Origin: Azolla caroliniana
Lineage: Eukaryota > Plantae > Polypodiophyta
Assembly (NCBI GenBank): GCA_043228905.1
Contig: JBHGNT010000001.1
Location: 1,550,001 to 1,614,000, forward strand
Direction: 5' to 3'
Length of the DNA stretch: 64,000 bases
Shown piece after piece: positions 27,501 to 39,554 of the stretch; position 1 is the first letter of the stretch, and every line of letters starts with the position of its first letter. The notes beneath the pieces were generated by a model, which did no database searches, was not told the origin of the DNA, and saw only the letters and a list, made by a program, of their open reading frames with translations. The translations under genes and the position numbers were made by a program.

Positions 27501-30500
27501 GTCATATAGGTTATCCTTGTGGAAAGAAGAAAGAAGAAAGATATATTAACGTCTTTTAAGAGGCCAAAATGGAGAGAATTGAGATGATTTATAAGATGAC
27601 TTAGTAAATGAAACCATAAATGGTTAAAGTAAGAATCACATCATCAGTAGTTATCGAACTCCCCAAACTTAGTTCTAATGGTTTCTATAATCTGACTATA
27701 TACATCACATATATAAATTAAACTCTCCGTTTCATGCAACTACTAATGATTTTTTGTGATTCTATTACTCAACTCTCATGAATATTTTAATAGCATTCAT
27801 GAGGACTAGAAGTTTTCTCGGAATTCAATTTAAGAGAATAACCTCTTGGCAAGCTGCAATAATCCAAGTTACAAGATTGAATAACAAAAGATTATTCTTG
27901 ATATAAAACTACAAATTCTGTTCCATGTGTTGAGACTACTAGTGGACTAGAAATATTAGATTATCTTGAGGCATCCATGACCCTCTAGTTGTGAGAGTGA
28001 ATAATGAAGGATGAGCCACCTAAAGTTTGTAAGAAGAGCAAGCACCAATTACTTACTTTTGGATTTCACTTCGATCTTAGTGACGTTAGAAGACACCTGA
28101 AGCTTCCTCCCCACTTTGTGTTTCACCTTCTGCATCAGAAGGTTAAATGAAAAATGATTGTGAAAGAAGCACATAAAGTGAGAACAAAACAAAGAAAGAA
28201 AGATATATTAAGATCTACTAGAAGTATTAACATCTGCTAGATGCCAAATTCGGCCTACGAGACAAATCATAATTACAAAGATAGGTGAATTCTCATGTAA
28301 TTCTCTGAGGTTCAACATTCAAGTCGAGTTGATAAAGTTCACGCTCTCGAATAATGCTTCTGCCATCATGGGGGTATTACCAATTCAGCATGGATGATCC
28401 CGTGTGATCTCGTGTGAGGTAGATGCTTTGCTAAATATCCTTCGTAACCACATCATGACTAGTGGATGCTCGACTTGTGTCTACATATACATGATTAGGC
28501 ATGGAACATGATGCAAGGATGGCCATGGTGTCAAATAACCATACTTTGGTACTTGCTTCACACCAATGGTGCTCATAATTACCTCTGAAATCCACCTTGG
28601 ACACCTAGTTCATCCCGACACTTGCTTACAGTGCATACACAGCCCACATCATGTCACGAGACTTTTGAGTGCAATAGTCTTTGTAGGATATGATCCCTTT
28701 GTACTGTATTTAAGACTTTGAGGAATCTACAAAGCATCTATACAATCGCTTCGTTTATGTCTTTGCTTGGTCCACCAAACAATGTAATGTAAGGATTAGT
28801 GGTTGAGACGGCTCCCCTAAATCTTGCTTGTCTTGGCGCTCGTACCACTTCGACCTCAGCATAAATGTTGAGTTCTGCTTCAAGTACCATTCCATAAAGT
28901 TTGGCAAGTGTATGACCAATCATGATTGTTCTGTAGTTCCCAGATTGGAGGGGGTCCCTTGACTCAAAAATAGACACAATTGTGTGTATGGAAGGACCTC
29001 TACCAAGACCACATTGAACATGTGCGCAAGGATAGGATTAATTGTCATGACCACATACACGAGGTGTGCACCTTGTAGTCCTACATGGCTGGATGATCAT
29101 CCATGCTGAAGACATTGGATGACATTCTCAACACTATAGGTGAAGTGGGTGGAGGAAGTAGGGCAAGTCTCAGCTGGTTGAGGTGAAAGGGGTTGGTCAG
29201 AGACATTATACAGGCTTTTTCCATATGAATGTCATAATTGAGGATCATAGAAACTTTCCAGGCAAAGGCCAAGTCTTTGCGCATGAAGACATGGTATAAA
29301 TCCCAATATTTTGCTTCCTCATAGGCACCCTTTTTTTTATGTGAAAGAGTTTGCATTTGCTTGTGAGCTATTCTTTGTTTAACTCTACAAGGCTTACATT
29401 TGTAAAAAGCTGTTGATGCATCTCTTTGCAATCCTCATCATACCATCAGTTTTGGTGGCATATTTCCAAGAATTTCATATTTGGACAATGTGTTGGAAGT
29501 GAAATTATTGATGGCCAAGGTATGGGGTATAATGGAGGGTTGGGAGGTGGGAGCATCCAGAGGGTGTACTTGGATCTAGATGGTCAATTCTTGTTCCATG
29601 TTGATTATAAGTTTCTGTTAGTTCATGGGTAAAGTGGATGACTATGTGTAGAGACAAGCTTGGAGATGACGGAGACAGCAGTTGTGATGGTGTGTTGGAC
29701 ACAGGGGTTATGGAAAGACAAGTGTGGTAGGCGCCAATTGGACGAGGGGAGATGGTGAATATTTTGAAGGTTTGGGTCACTTCCCTTGTCCTGAGGATAT
29801 AGTCAATTGTGCTCCCACTGCCTCCTCGTGGGAGACAAGTAAGGCCACTGGAATTTGTCAATGAGTTCATGGTTTTGTAGATAACTAGGTAGTATCGAGA
29901 CCCTATCCCTAAAGAATGTTTTCCGTATCCCTGTTGTTTGGTCCTAAGTTGGTTGTGCTCCTGAGTTTTTCCGGAGTCCTCTGGATATATTGAATGCATC
30001 ATCTATAGGTCTTCCAAGTTAGAGATTTCACATTGTCTATTTTGGGTTTTAGCATTGAAGCTCACATGAGGAATACTTCATCTGGCTTGAGTACCTTATA
30101 ATGCTGTCAAAATGGACATTATAGGATGATTCAACTTCTTTGCTCCTAATGGTACAGCATTATAGGCTTGATTGTTGTCGGTTATTCTTTGTATATTTTG
30201 ATCCCTTGGGAGGGAAGTAACATAGCGCAATGAATAATACACGTGACTTTGAGAGCTCAAGTTGGATCCACATGCATGTAGCCTCTACATCCGAATCCAC
30301 TACTTGTATACGTGGATGTAAAGCTCTTCAGAAGACAGTTATTATCCCGGTTCTTCCTTGCTATACCCCAGCTCAGTACATAGTGTCCTTGCGTCTTGGT
30401 CTGAGGTGGCATTTGGTGACTCAGGGATGTCAGTGGCATGCACATAGAGTCATCTTGCATGCCTCGTCTGCTCTTCTTCAATTTTACTCTGCTCGTGTTC

Positions 30501-30941
30501 AACTTGGTGAGAGAAAGTAACCTTGACGTCTATCCTGACCAGAGCTTTACCTTTCAGCTGCCTCGATGGTTATATATACATACATATATCTGATTCAGTA
30601 CGATTTGCTGGTTATTTGCGTTTCAACAACACTCCTTTGATTCATCATTCTCCTTCTCGTGTTTTGACATCACCGTCGATGCTTTCAATGCCTTAAATTG
30701 TAATGTTCCTTGTGGTCACAAGGCATTGGCAAGATCCAATCAATGATGATATGTTCATTGTCTCGAAAAATGCTTCTATCATAGTAGTGCGACTGATTTC
30801 AAATCAGATGATATCATGTGGTGTAATTAAGAACGTGAATACTATATTGATTCATGATAATCAAGGAGATGTTTTAGGTGGAAATAAAAAATACACCCTT
30901 CTGCATGAGAATTTTAAAAGCAAACTCTTGCCAGCGAAGCA

Positions 30942-30985
<44 letters not shown>

Positions 30986-31075
30986 GTGTGTGACCTTGAA
31001 GTCTATCCCGCCCAGAGCTTTTCCTTTCAGCTGCTGCTTCTTCTTCTGCTTCTGCCGCTGCTTCGTAGGAGCCAT
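6563..31075 (-). CDS. TEX10: TEX10/IPI1 homolog (pre-rRNA processing, rixosome subunit, ARM-repeat), ~917-928 aa
   Basis: Exons on the minus strand: 31075-30995, 28129-28057, 25925-25803, 25725-25556, 22236-22087, 21910-21761, 14593-14491, 11767-11403, 11205-11062, 10605-10471, 9701-9615, 9497-9369, 8837-8711, 8626-8507, 8043-7918, 7846-7683, 7602-7456, 7370-7238, 7065-6956, then 6864-6748 (or 6864-6763 + 6610-6563). All GT-AG with consistent phases. The N-terminus has the family signature GIDFKKVKHKVGRKL..NVT....KSKSIILPGQSV...LKELL.QL.HHN..VRRDAILGIKDL, and the Ipi1_N motif AYIFSAMTNITPDIRMSAFRFLD. Confidence 0.9.
12290..13900. mobile_element. Cluster of RTEX-like LINE fragments in TEX10 intron 7 (+ copy 12290-12790; - copies 12788-13900)
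   Basis: 12290-12790 aligns by eye with 23900-24560. Two tandem minus-strand 3' ends lie at ~12788 and ~12893. ORF 13247-13474 reads WGIFFLELKEHKEKL, as in the other copies. Confidence 0.75.
15439..16223 (-). repeat. 3' LTR of the copia element (785 bp)
   Basis: Near-identical to 20342-21120. I see only a 6-bp indel in the CT tract and one A/G difference (15861 vs 20758). Confidence 0.97.
16234..20310 (-). pseudogene. Copia gag-pol polyprotein interrupted by one in-frame TAG at 17338-17340
   Basis: ORF 20310-17338 has the gag CCHC (CFHCGKPGHFRKNC), protease (WVVDSGASFH), GAG-pre-integrase (LWHKRLCH), integrase (VHTDVC, IRADNGGEY, NGLAERMNRT) and RT N-terminus (QMDVKTAFLHG). After the stop the same frame continues APRQWY...YVDDML, then RNase H (DSD, EAEY, YCDSQSA, DMLTK). 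Confidence 0.95.
20342..21120 (-). repeat. 5' LTR of the copia element (779 bp)
   Basis: TG...CA ends, PBS 3 nt downstream on the minus strand, TATAAATA on the minus strand near 20705-20712. Confidence 0.97.
22690..25090 (+). mobile_element. 5'-truncated, degenerate RTEX-like LINE in TEX10 intron 4
   Basis: RT fragments DFQKALDT, IGVKQGCLLSPTL, YADDIVLIS. C-terminal RTEX-type Zn knuckle region RQLQTSSYRLKIEVGRY...RNLCHHGGESEEHYV. 3' hairpin and tail at 25018-25088. Confidence 0.85.
26030..27571 (-). mobile_element. RTEX-like LINE fragments in TEX10 intron 2
   Basis: The minus strand near 26090-26130 reads CFVNFRKALDTIP (RT). 26907-27480 is a family 3' end. A very short extra 3' end lies at 27523-27571. 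Confidence 0.7.
28190..30250 (-). mobile_element. Degenerate LINE with APE endonuclease and RT N-terminus (divergent RTEX-like subfamily) in TEX10 intron 1
   Basis: GLTCLPRGGSGSTIDYIL (APE C-terminal motif), NYRTIMIGHTLAKLYG and QARFR (RT domains 1-2). A variant 3' hairpin and GAAA tail lie at 28190-28266. Confidence 0.75.
30946..30982. repeat. (AG)n microsatellite just inside TEX10 intron 1
   Basis: Direct reading; it also generates the spurious RERERE ORFs. Confidence 0.95.
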
Positions 31076-32180
31076 GGCGGTGCTGCTTGTTGGTTGCTTC
31101 TGCAGAGACAGACAGACACGGACTGGCTTAACTGATGAGAAGTAGGGTTGTCCTCCTCGAGATATATATATATATATATATTGGTTTGAGTAGGCTTGGT
31201 TGGTTCTTTGCTTTTTGCTACTACATATATGTTCAAATTTAATTCATTCGTTCCTGGTTACCAAGCGGGTAACATACAAAATTACATCCCCATGGACAAA
31301 AGTTGTTCTTCCAGGGGTAACACACATGTTGGTAGGTTGGCGAGTTATGCATAGGACTGAGGTACTCACAATACGACATCCATGCGTCATACAAAGGTTT
31401 AGGCATGAATACGTAGTATCCTTAGTGGGTGAGCCCTAGGCAAAAATATTAAATTGTCAAGGAGGTCCCCGCCAAGTCTTCTTGTGTATGGTTTGTGTGC
31501 TCAAGTTTTACTATGGGATTTGAGCTAAATTTGATGAATTCATTTCTAAACAAATATTATACCTCAATGTTTATTTTTAGAGACAAATTGAGATAGTTTT
31601 TCTCTCTTCTTTTACTTCAATAGAGTATTACCTTAACATTGTGCTCTTTGTGACTTATCGCCATCTCTTGTGATTGAAATTGTCTTGCTATTGTGTATTT
31701 TCCATGTTTGTATGGTCTTCGTCTCCCTATCACAACAATCAATTTGATATTGATGTATTGTCATTCGCATAGTTCCTAATCGCACTTTCATGCCCATCAC
31801 TTTGTTAGATTCATCGTCCTTGGATGTCTCTATTTTCATGCCACATGAGTCGTAATTTTATGAGGCCATTGGTTATAATTCATTGACATTGAGACGCGTC
31901 TAGGCTTATATGGTTGCTTGGTCATTTCACTCACACGATTATTATGTATTGCCTTCATCGTGAATTGAGAATCTTGAGCATCAGCACGTGTCTTTGTGAT
32001 AATGTGGGATTTGTTTGAGAGTCTGGAGACCGGAACAATCACCAATCACCTCACAATTTACAAACATGGGTGATGATCTCTTTGTGGTGGGGTGGGGAAA
32101 ATCATTCAGGTGCCATGTCCAGCCAATATAACACGGTATACCTTCTCCTGTCTCCGGAGCACGTCTACGCGCACTGATGG

Positions 32181-32208
32181 CCTAAACCCTAAACCCTAAA
32201 CCTTAAAC
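32181..32208 (+). promoter_or_regulatory. Plant telomeric-repeat tract / tandem telo-boxes (AAACCCTA) just upstream of the MAM33 ATG
   Basis: CCTAAAC CCTAAAC CCTAAAC CTTAAAC. Telo-boxes are established promoter/5'UTR elements of plant translation and ribosome-biogenesis genes. Confidence 0.6.
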
Positions 32209-32223
32209 AGTGTGCACGTACTG

Positions 32224-33590
32224 ATGGCCTTCTCCTTCCTCCCTCGCATCACCACGCCCCTCAGACTCCGGCGCCGACTGTCCCTCCGTTCCTCCTCCTC
32301 GTCCGTGAGATGTACCGAGTTCGAAGCATTGGGGATCGATTCTTCTGATGCAAGGAAAGACCATGACGCACGCCAAACAGGCATCGGAATTGGTACCAGT
32401 GCTCCTCCGCCTCCCCATCATCCCGACCATCATCTTCTCAAGGCCCTCAAGGAGCAACTCGACGAAACGCTGCAATGTATCAAGCAGAGCAAGGTAGGTT
32501 CATACGTACCCGCATACATGCATATCGACATACACACGCGTGTAATGTCGGTCAATTTAACAATGATTCCAAACTGAGTATCTCGTTTCAAGAGAGTTTG
32601 CAGCATATACATGAATATCTATATGCGTATACAATTATGGAAAATTATTATATTAATGAACAATGGCGTACACTATATCTTGCTAAAAAATGAATATTTT
32701 ATGCTTAGAATATGTTTTGGAAGACTCTGAAGTATTCAACACATTCTACGCCTCAAAACTACCGTTTTTACGAAGTTTCATGAATTCTACGTATTTAAAG
32801 GATATTTAATGTTAACAAAAATTATATATATGTTTTTTAAAAGCTAAAAATTTGGCTGAAAACAATTGTTGAATAACAACTATAAGAAATATGTATTGTA
32901 TTCTATGTATCCACGTATTCTACCAGCATTTAATGTATTTTATCTTTAGAATATGTATTCTACGTATTTAAAAAAAAAGTAAAACACTTTTAGAATACAT
33001 AACATATGTATTGTACGTGTTCATTGCCAAGTGTTCTACGACTATGGAATACACATACGAGGGCAAGGAACAAGGAAGTCTAATAGATGCTGCTGTTTTT
33101 TTCATGCCAGAGTGAAGTCAGTGGCTCATTTCATCCATTTGAGATTGTACGAACTGAAGGTAGCAGTAGTGGGCTGATGCTTCGAAGGAATCTGAGAGAC
33201 GAGGAGATCATTGTAACATGTGTTCTAGAGATAGAGGAGCCAGATGATGCAGAATATTTACTCGAGGATAATGAAGATGAACTGAATTTGATTCAACATC
33301 TGAGTATGAACGTTCAAATAAAAAAAGCAGCGCAAGGTGACGAAGCACGATTTCTTATTGTTTGTCATTATGTGGACCAATCTGTCACCATTGAAGATGT
33401 GATGTGTGTTGGTAAATCAGAATATATTCAAAGTGATCATCCCTATTCTGGTCCAGTTTTCTCGTAAGTATATGAAAAAGGTTCATTTCAGCGATATATA
33501 CTCCTATCATGTGTTTCAGTTACATGTCAACAGTCTTTACGTAGTCAAATTTGAATCTGCTTTATGAGTGCCTTAGCTAACTAGCTCACG

Positions 33591-33623
<33 letters not shown>

Positions 33624-35484
33624 GTTGGTTAAGTTACATATGAAGAAAAAAATCTATCTGAGAGCTGAAACACCATCTTGAAAAAGAAGTTCACAAACTG
33701 TTGTGGAGAAGGCGATGGGAATTTACTTGCATCTTATGAAAAACTGTGTAGTAACATAACAGAAAATTTAGATGTTCTCCATCTTAGGATTTATATGACC
33801 TCTTTTTCACATCCTAATTCTCTAATGCTATGCCTTTTAGAGTGCTGAAACTGGGTAGGTTGCATGTACATATAGAGTGAGAGGGCTGCCTGAGAAGGAC
33901 TTGCCTTATTCAATTAAACGTCAAGTCATTTTAGAGTGCTGGAACTTGTTAGTCATAACTAATTATGCTCTTTTCTAGTACTGATTAATGGATATTACAT
34001 TGAAGGCAGGTTTTATTTGCTGGCTACCATTCTAGGTTTAGGGTCTTTCTTATTGTTCTATTGAACTCAGAATCCAGAATTGTATGAATCTGGGAATAGT
34101 GGAATCTGGATAACACTCGTTTATATTTTCCAAGATATGAACAAGTCAAAGCTCAGCTGAAAAATCAATATGAAGTCTGTACTGGTTTTCTAGGAAACCA
34201 ATAAGTCGCCTTAATAGATTCCAGTATAGCTGCAAAAGGTCCCACTTTCTTAAAGTCAATCCTCTAGAATCATTCCTGTACAAATTACAATGAGCTAGCA
34301 TCAAACTAAACAGACGCCTAAGATTATTACCCACATTATTTCATAGTTAAACAGAGACCTAAAGGACAGAACATATACCTATTGAAGATAGTCAAGTGGC
34401 ATAATGTAAATCATAACAATCTGGCCCAACATAAAACATGAGAATATCCAGTCAAAATGGAAGTTCCAAATAGTCAAGCCACATGTATAGATCAGGAACA
34501 TGGAGAATCAAACTTGAGATATGGTTCGTTTTAGCTTCGGTTGAAAGGAGGATCGATACTGGAAGGGCGTCGAAACCTGGTTCAAGAACAGATGGGTACA
34601 GATAGATAGAAGTGTAACGCAAGTCTACACACATCAGCAGGGACTGCAGTACACAGATGTATGTTTTTATGGCATCATTTGCCACTCGAGGTTATCCATG
34701 CACTCACTCACTGTTATTGAATGAATACCTCAAAAAATGTTTATAACATAGCCACAGCAATATGAGGTCATCAGTTTGGAAGAGAAGGTTGATAAACCTG
34801 TGGGCAGGTCCCAACAGATTTCAGAATTCTTTGCTATAGCCTTTTTCTGAGCTCGTTACTGAAGAGGATGGGAAAGTGCTGATGATCTGGGAATTAGTAT
34901 GGAGCAGTGTCACTGTTTGGTGCAAATCTATTATAGCTTTTCTGCATATAGTTTCAGGAACAGCTGTTTATGCTTGGGAGTCCCTCTCCTCCTGGACCCA
35001 AAATCACAGTTCCAAAATAAAAATCTGCTTCTTATAAAAAATGATATTTTATTACTTAATTCTCATTTCCCATCATTAGAGTCACATATGTTCTCTCGGT
35101 TCTTCTGTAATTTTCTTGCCTTTTGCTCATGTGAATGGCACTAAAACTTGATTATTGATTGTTGATTCTGATTGTAAGATTGAATATATAAAATGTTTGA
35201 AAGGGGTCGATATTATATTCAAAAATCTTGATGTGATCTTTTTTCATAACCACAGAAAGTTGAGCGAGAGACTACAGAAGGCATTTTATGAAGTCATAAA
35301 GGAGAAGGGTATTGATGTCAAGCTAGCAGATCTTGCAATAGCACATTTAACATCCAACTATCAAGATGAGTCAGTGCGATGGCTAAGAAACGTCAGAAAG
35401 TTCCTGAAGAAAAGAGGTATTTCTTTTAATCTCTATAGCTGCATGCATGCGATTCCCCTCCCCTCAAAGAAAGGTTATTGCTAG
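32224..35484 (+). CDS. Mitochondrial glycoprotein family (MAM33/C1QBP-like)
   Basis: Exons 32224-32493, 33111-33463, 35256-35484 (or a donor at 35417 to a later small exon). Arg/Ser-rich transit-peptide-like N-terminus. Family-like motifs: LMLRRNLRDEEIIVTC, acidic middle region, PYSGPVFSKLSERLQKAFYEVIKEKGIDVKLA and YQDESVRWLRNVRKFL. Confidence 0.85.
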
Positions 35485-36399
35485 CATATATTTTGAATCT
35501 TTTGATGTAAATGGATGTAGCTGAACAATTTTCAGCGGTGATATTATTCGTGATAGATGTAATGTTTTGTAATGTCTAACATTGCAATATCATCAGGACC
35601 TTAATCTGGTTGCTATGATCATAAATCTTTAATATACCCTCATATTTATTGTCGAACTCCTCATATGAATACTCACTTGTTTCCACCATATTACTGCACC
35701 AAAGGGATCGTATCTAACTTTATCAACAAACAGAAATTGAGGACAAAAAACGTCATGTGTTCATGTTACAAGTCTTCCTTACTCTTTATCTGTTGGCTAA
35801 AGAAGTGATCATGTTTAAAAATCTTCACTGCTCACAAGTTCATTGAGTCAAAAATCCATCTTCACCACTTCATTAATTGATCCATAAATCTCATTTCACA
35901 ATTCACGAATAAGTTGAAATTTTCTTTCTGGTCGTGTTTCTCCTGAATGCCTAAAAATGTATTGGGAAACTTTGTTGGCAAATATTGTCACATCTCTGGT
36001 TTTTTGTCACCTTTTATGTTCCTAACATGCATTTCACATTTTGAAGATAAGAAACTTTCTTTCTTTGTAGGTTTGCATCACTTTTAGATACTAATTTCCT
36101 TGGTCTTAATTCTAAGCACCATATACAAAGTTGAAGTAGACAAGCTGATATACAACATGTTTAACTAAGTTTCCTTTTCTGTTCATTTGTTTCTTTGTGG
36201 CATGCTATCTGCCATTGTAGACCACTGCATCTGTACTTGCATTCTGATATTCGCAAGAATGGTAATGCAGAAACCTTGTGTAAGGATTGAAGTAGTATTG
36301 AAGTATTCTGATAATAGTTTCTTGTTTCGTTTCCTTGGGAAAGATTGAACCTTCGTTGAACGCAAGAGCTATCATACAAAATCAAGAACATGGGGTATC

Positions 36400-37800
36400 A
36401 TTTGCACTGCAATCAATATGAAGACACTCCATCAACTTGTGGAGGTTGAATATGGAGCTGGGGATATAGAATATCTGTAGGATGTTGAGATCTACTTCGA
36501 ATCCAGCCACTGTTGAAGTCTACTTTTTGGAATGTCTTTTTTCAATGAGTAATCAATCTATACCCATCATAGAAAAGGGACCATCTGTCACAGTTTTTAA
36601 CGGTATGTTTCTAGTTCTCTTGCCATTGCAGTTTGATTCTGGACTCTACTTGTAAATTTAATTTCAAAGTGGATAATGCCACATAAAACTTGTGCCACCA
36701 GTTACAGCATAAATTTAAGAGTGGGAAATGGGTTTTGAATTTCATTTGTAAATGTATGTATCTACAACAGCGACAAGATTATTTGGAATGCCTCTTGAAG
36801 CATATTTGGATGGACTATTAGAATTCAGGATTCTGCGCTGAATGTATCTTATGAGATCAGTAGAATATTCTCAGTATGATGGATGATGTGATACTGAAAC
36901 TATTTGGTTGTGAGAACGATCCACTTTTCTATAGGAATCATTGTCCGAATGCGTGTTAAAAATGAACTTGAATATTAGGAAGTCTTATGATAACTAAAGA
37001 ATGTTGCGTATTGTCTGGTTTTGACATTTTAACGTTTGGAATAGTAGAATAACTATGGAAATCATAATGGTTTTTCCTTTGGCAATCGACTGTACATCTT
37101 GCTTTAATGCTCAACTGATCTCTTTTTTTTCCTATTATGTTTAGAATGATGACGAAGAAACGGATACTCTAATGCATAATGAATAAATATGATCAGTGAG
37201 GTTGAAGTGATTGGAAAAGAAAGTCACTTCAGTAGTTTCGATTCAATTATATGGAAAGCTGGATTTGGTGAAGTCATACATGCTGTTTGGAGAGAGCTCT
37301 CTGATTAACTGTCAGGTCCACCCTACAATATGGAGTGAATAAGTCAAAGTAATATTCTGAGAGACTATTGAGATTAAAGAATTGAATGAAATCTGACATA
37401 TCTGGGAACTGATGTTGTGTCAGAGTGTAGAGAGCAGAAATAGAGTAGATTTTCAAACATTCAATTGTTTATAGATTGTTTAATCTTCCCATCTCTAGAG
37501 AGACTAATATCTCTTGAAATACAAGTCCATTTAGTCCTTTCAAGAAGAAGTTTTACATCACCTAGTCCATCACCTTTAAAAAATCATGTCTTTATGTGAG
37601 ATCAACAAATTCTTCAAATATCATTGGACCTTCTTACCTACAATATTTTTGAAGTTGAAATTTGAAGAATGGTAGTTAATTTGTAACCAACAAATGAGAA
37701 AGACAAACTGTGGAATGACTGTGATTAGTGGTGATGTCATCAAACTAGTTTATGTATGCAGTGACAAAACCAGATCCCCACATCCAGGTTTAGAGCAAGG
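36400..37800 (-). mobile_element. Possible highly degraded hAT transposase relic
   Basis: Minus-strand traces GGWT (~37570, DGWT-like), TRQYATF (~37010, TRFAT-like) and NWWH (~36700, dimerisation-domain-like) occur in the expected order. No ORF remains. Confidence 0.25.
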
Positions 37801-37966
37801 AGGTATCTATTCAGACCAGAAAATTGATTATGTTCGCTTCACTTTTCACGTGTACAAGTATAGAGCTGTTATAGCATGTTTCTATGAGGAAGTTATGTGC
37901 GAAATGAAAATGGATAGTGGTTTCTCCAAGTACTTTTTGAGTAATGTGGGGGTCAAAATACTTTTT

Positions 37967-38260
37967 GAAAGTATCATTTGAAAGGTAGTTACAACCCACA
38001 ATTGATTCAAATTCTATTTCCAAGTTTCTTTGAAATGGAAGGTACAAAATGTAAGAAGACCTAGAAAGTATGATTTGAAAGATAGTTACAACCCACAATT
38101 GATTCAAACTCTATTTCCAAGTTTCTTTGAAATGGAAGGTACAAAATGTAAGAAGACCTAGAAAGTATCATTTGAAAGATAGTTACAACCCACAATTGAT
38201 TCAAACTCTATTTCCAAGTTTCTTTGAAATGGAAGGTAGAAAATGAAAAAGAAGACCTAT
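37967..38260. repeat. 97-bp tandem repeat, 3 copies
   Basis: The unit GAAAGTATCATTTGAAAG...GTAAGAAGACCTA starts at 37967, 38064 and 38161. Confidence 0.92.
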
Positions 38261-39554
38261 GTTTCTTTTTTGAATCTGAAGGGAAAACTAAAGAGATCAA
38301 ACAAAAAGCATAAGTTTTGTTTTAGATATTATATGGGGGAAAGGAGAGGAGATGAAAGGTAGGTAAAGAACTTTCAGATTTTGATTCTCATCCATTGTAC
38401 ATATAACATGCTTGTCTTATTCTATGCACTGTTCATTGCATCAACAATAGATAAGAAGAAAGCCCATGTATTTTGCTCTAGAAAATAATAATGTTAGCTT
38501 TGCCAACGTTACCAAGGTCATCACATGATTTCCGTACACTGACAATCTCTTTAGAGACGGTTTCAGCATCATATCTCAGATCAAATGCAAATGAATAAGG
38601 ACGCCCTCTTACAGATGGCAAGTCAAGAAAACAACATCTGGAAAGGTAAATTACAAATACTTATTTGCAGACAGATGGAAGCCCCGATTCCATAAGAAAT
38701 TCGATGACCTCTTAAAATGTGCAGGTGACAACGTATTACCTCTCAAGTAATAATTAGATGACCCTGCCTGATTAGCCTGATTACATATTTTATTGAACTA
38801 CTAAACTGTCCAGTTGATGTGAAATCATCCACAAGGTATACTTCATACAGCGCTCTAATTGAGAACCTACCTAGGTGGTGAAGTAGAGATCAATGTTTCT
38901 CCAAGCCGCTATATAAACAGTGTGCATGTCTCCAAAAATTCTTATTATGTCTTGATCCTTCTTCAAGAATCGGTGAAAGATATGAAATTTGGAAGATTTT
39001 AATCAAATAAGCAAATCAATACTCTCCAAAATTATCCAGCTAATCAATACTCATGTTAATCCTCAAAAATTATGAAGATTAAAACCTATGTCTACAGTGG
39101 AATCACCATGCAAAGTCCATACTGTTTCAATGTCATAAGACTTGAAAAGGTGCACCAATGACCTCACATTACATGTCTCACAATACAAAACAGATTTGCA
39201 TAATTATATTCTCAGTTCTGTGTTGGAAACAGAAAATCCAGCAAAAAAATGCAGGTACCAGAGTGCAACCAATCTGTGTAACACAGGAATTAGCAGGCAC
39301 TGATCCCAACAGAAGAAATTTTCATTGCATACTTGTATTCAAAGTTCGATTTGCAGGACTTGCTTGGCTTCAAATGTACAGGGCAAGGACAGTAAACCAT
39401 GTCTAACTAGCGGTACGACCATGTGCACCCGGAAAGCTGATTTAGTGAGCTCTTATGCCTTCATCCTGCAGAATGAATCCTCTCTTCCCTAACACCCACA
39501 AAGAGCACCATTTGACCACACTTGAAATGCTTACCACCTATTTCTCTTACAGCT

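Noticed and set aside
32620-33050. AT-rich block with repeated ATTCTACG motifs (possible DNA-transposon end)
   Set aside because: No matching second TIR or TSD found.
34146-34900. Coding-looking stretches in MAM33 intron 2 (possible captured gene fragment)
   Set aside because: No recognisable motif or consistent exon chain; needs a BLASTX search.
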